A stretch of DNA of 38,354 nucleotides from Octopus sinensis. Taxonomy: Eukaryota. The DNA is taken from the NCBI RefSeq assembly GCF_006345805.1, contig NW_021835782.1, positions 1 through 38,354 on the forward strand, written 5' to 3'. The notes below the pieces were generated by a model. The model saw nothing but the letters and a program-made list of their open reading frames with translations. It made no database searches and was not told where the DNA came from. The position numbers were made by a program, and so were the translations under genes. Shown piece after piece: positions 34,995-38,354 of this stretch (the first letter of the stretch is position 1; each line of letters begins with the position of its first letter).

Positions 34995-37326
34995 TTTCTT
35001 TATTAGCCACACAGGGCTGCACACAGATAGAACAAATTACAAGTAAGAGCTTTTCTTTTGAAGGTTTAAAAAAAAAAAAAAGGAAGGGGAGTTTCGATCA
35101 AAAGGGATCGTAAAAGAGAGAAAGAGGACAAAAAAAAGGGGGGGGGGTTAAAAAAAAAAAAAAAAAAAGGGGAGAGGAAAAAAAATTGATCAATAGGGAT
35201 CGTTATCACAGAAATGTCAATATGAAGTGTAAAGGGGAGGACAGGTGAGGTTTACCCGTGGAAAAAAAGCCTACGGAAAGACCACGGTAACCTCGGTCAA
35301 TGAAGTCACATTTATATTTCTTTTTTTTTTTTTTTTTTTTTTTTGCAAATAAGCAACTCTCTGTTTTCGATTTCTGGGTTTCATAGGACTATGCTCAAGG
35401 TGGCTTCGTCATTCATACGTGCCATTCTTGCTACATTCACCCATCTTTTTTAAAACATTCGCTAGACAAAACTTGCCTCTCTACTCTCACTTTCCTTTTC
35501 AAGTGGTACTTGAAGAAGTTGATGAGAGATTGACCAGAAGGAAAGTGTTTGTCTCCAATCCTTTCAGACGCGTCCACCAGATACATTCTTTCGCCATAGC
35601 CACAAGGATGATGAAAATAGCTCTTCCTTCCCGTTTGAAGGAGGAGGCGTGACAATATTGACGATAGACTCAGCTGATAAACCGACTCGTCCCACGTGAC
35701 AGCAGTTGTTCGACATAAGCCCCACAGGCGGAAATTGTTGGACACTGAACGAGTGCGTGCAGAACGGTTTCGTCGCTCTGACCGCATCTCGGGCAGGTCG
35801 GGCCCCGTGTTTCTCGAGCCGTGTCTGTAGAGCTTATCCCGAACGGTAGCGCTTCTCGGTAGCATTGCCAGGCCAGGATCTCTGGAAGTTGTCCATGGGC
35901 CCTGGCCCGAAAGTCGTCCCGAACAGGCGGGTCAGGTACTCCTCGTCGACGTCCAGGTTCGCCCCGAGCTCGTCGTCGTACCTCCCCTCCACTAAACCCC
36001 TATAGAATGCTTGGGTTGTGTTGAGTCACTTAAGGTCGACCCAGGACGGCAGAGTTGCTTGAGAGCAACGCGACACTCGCGGTGCCATTCGCCCTTCCTC
36101 GGCCTCTTTTTGATCCACGACTGCAGTTCGGTCATGGAGACGAGCTGCGGGAAAGCGTGCTCACAACGGCGACCACACCTGTTCACCGTCGTCTACATAG
36201 AGCCAGAGATGTCGCAGTCTCAGCGCGTGGTCTGCGCATCATCAACCACGGCATGCCCAGCCCTCCTTTTAACGGGTGTTGACAGCAAATGGATCGCCTG
36301 ACCATCGGGACGCATCCTTTCCACAAGAAGTGAAAGAGGATGCGTTGTAGTTTGGTGATGGTAGGGTCGGGACAAGTACGACGGTCAGGCGGTAGTAGAT
36401 GACGGACGCGATGTACGTGTTCTCCCCCTCCGCTCGACCTTTTGGGACAGTTTCCTCTCGGCCCATTGCCGGGCGAGAGTGACCACCCTACTCGTTATCT
36501 CGTTCCAGTTCTTCTCCCCTTGGAGGTCCGGACCAACCAGACCCCGAGCAACTCAACCGGGCCGTCGGTCCAGCGTCCCACTACGGAGTGGCGCTGGTGG
36601 ACGGCATGGGCTTGCTTCTCCAGGTGCCTAGTCGCAAGCCCACTGACTTTCCCCGGTTGATTTTCGCTCCTGTCACCGCTTCGTAGTTTTTCAGTGTCTC
36701 GCCGACCAGCTCGATGTGCTCGTGGCTAGACACTATGACGGTGATTCGTCCGCGTATGCAGACACGCTCGTCCCGCATCCCAATTCTCGCGGGATGCCCC
36801 TTAGAGTCGCCAGCTTCCGCAGTAGTGGCTCAAGAGTCAACGTATAGAAGCGCCGAGAGGGGATCCCGGACGGACCGAACGTGCAATTTCGAAAGGTCTC
36901 GATAGATGTCCATTTACGCGCGAATTACCGAACGGATGCCTCTGTACAAGGCAGCTATCCAGCCGCGGAAGAAGGGACCGAAACCAGCCGCTCTCAGGAC
37001 TGCCTCCAAGTATCGATGGTCTACCCTATCAAAGGCTTTCGATTGATCCAGTTGATCAGGGCCCACCCATGCCAGGTTCGTTAACTACCCTGTCTATGAT
37101 GTAGCGCATCAGATGGAGGTTGTCATGGATGGTCCGGCCTGGCACGGCGCATGTTTGCGCCTTGTCGACCAGTTTCTCGATGACAAGCGCCAACCTCTTG
37201 GCTAGCACCTTGGCCAAATTTTCAAGTCTGCATTAAGCAGAGTGATGGTCCTAAAGTTATCTATTACATTTCCCTTGTTAGATCTTCTTTCTTCAGCAGT
37301 GTTACGGCTCCTCGGCTCACAAAACC

Positions 37327-37327
<1 letters not shown>
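34995..37327 (-). mobile_element. Tx1/L1-type LINE, 5'-truncated copy 3 (RT to 3' end), within (GATA)n
   Basis: Colinear with 27428-29680; many indels; flanked by GATA repeats at 34970-34992 and 37328-37443. Confidence 0.93.
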
Positions 37328-37382
<55 letters not shown>

Positions 37383-37383
37383 T

Positions 37384-37444
<61 letters not shown>

Positions 37445-37715
37445 AACGGGTAGGTAGAAATAGTTCTTAATATGTTTTCCCTAATTTTAATAAAAATTAG
37501 TAACCAATCGCGGTAAATTAATTAATGGTTTTAGTTTCTTCCAATTAAACTTAAATTCAATCAAGGATGATTAATTTATATATTGTAATGTTCCAGATCA
37601 TTTATTTGAAATAATTAATCCACAGTCTTAATTACAATTAAATGATATTATAGAGTTATTGTACTTTTCATATTCCAAGTTCTTGAAATGGAATATTCCA
37701 TTTAGAAAAATTATA

Positions 37716-37945
37716 AAGAATGTTCAAAAAGTCTCTCCGCAGTGAATTTTTTGCATCCTAGATGTATTTCAAAACATGTGTTGAAGAGTCAACTTATGTT
37801 TTGAAAATGGACGACACTTTCAACAATTCTTATAAAGGTTTTGTAAAGTCTTGTAAAGTGTAACATATTCTTTTGTAGTCTTATACCATCTTATAAATAT
37901 TTATTTTTCAATAAAATACTGCGGAGAGATTTTTTGAACACCCTA
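37716..37945. mobile_element. Tc1/mariner-type MITE (230 bp)
   Basis: TIRs TGTTCAAAAAGTCTCTCCGCAGT and ACTGCGGAGAGATTTTTTGAACACCCT; TA on both flanks. Confidence 0.8.
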
Positions 37946-38044
37946 TATTTATAATTTGTCTTAAATTCTAGCGTTTCACGGACCAATCTTTACTGAAAAC
38001 AGGCAAAGCCTTTATATCATTTACACACACACACACACACAAAC

Positions 38045-38240
38045 TTTAGCACACCGGGTGAAATGCTTAGCAGTATTTCGGCTGTCTTTATGCTCTTAGT
38101 TCAAATTCCGCCGAGGTCGACTTTGCCTTTCATCCTTTTGGGATCGATAAATTAAGTACCAGTTGCGTACTAGAGTCGATCTAATCGACTGCTCCCTCCC
38201 CTAAAATTTCGGGCCTCGTGCCTAGAGTAGAAAAGAATAT
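38045..38240 (+). mobile_element. SINE family D, monomer
   Basis: GAAATGCTTAGCAGTATTTC..GTTCAAATTCCGCCGAGGTCGACTTTGCCTTTCATCCTTT.GGG.TCGATAAATTAAGTACC. Confidence 0.85.
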
Positions 38241-38354
38241 ATTACATTTCTGCATTTAAACCGAGATTTTCTGTAAACAGTTTAGCAGTCCTAATAGTTT
38301 TTCATTTTTGATTTATTTATAATTTACACAAATTATTTTATGTTAATTTCAATT

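Overview
AT-rich, microsatellite-saturated animal non-coding DNA. It is most likely an octopus or other coleoid cephalopod, inferred from the SINE families and repeat spectrum. I found no convincing host exon, and nearly all listed ORFs are microsatellite artefacts. The window is a nest of mobile elements. (i) Three Tx1/L1-type LINE copies, one apparently full length (~6.1 kb), all sit in (GATA)n/(TATC)n arrays in the same orientation. (ii) Two different Penelope-like (PLE) GIY-YIG fragments are fused head-to-head. (iii) About ten minimal type-I hammerhead-ribozyme (HHR) motifs of roughly five sequence types occur, mostly in or beside (TA)n tracts. Two are canonical, one family has a non-canonical core, and several lie within two long fold-back palindromes, one of which appears to fold back exactly at an HHR stem II. 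(iv) Other elements: R4/Dong-like RLE fragments in (TAA)n and (CATA)n, two RTE-clade 3' ends, an IR/DR Tc1 (DD34E), mariner remnants including a 5'-5' derivative, a MITE, and many tRNA-derived SINEs. All alignments, translations and folds were done by eye; coordinates of degenerate elements are approximate.
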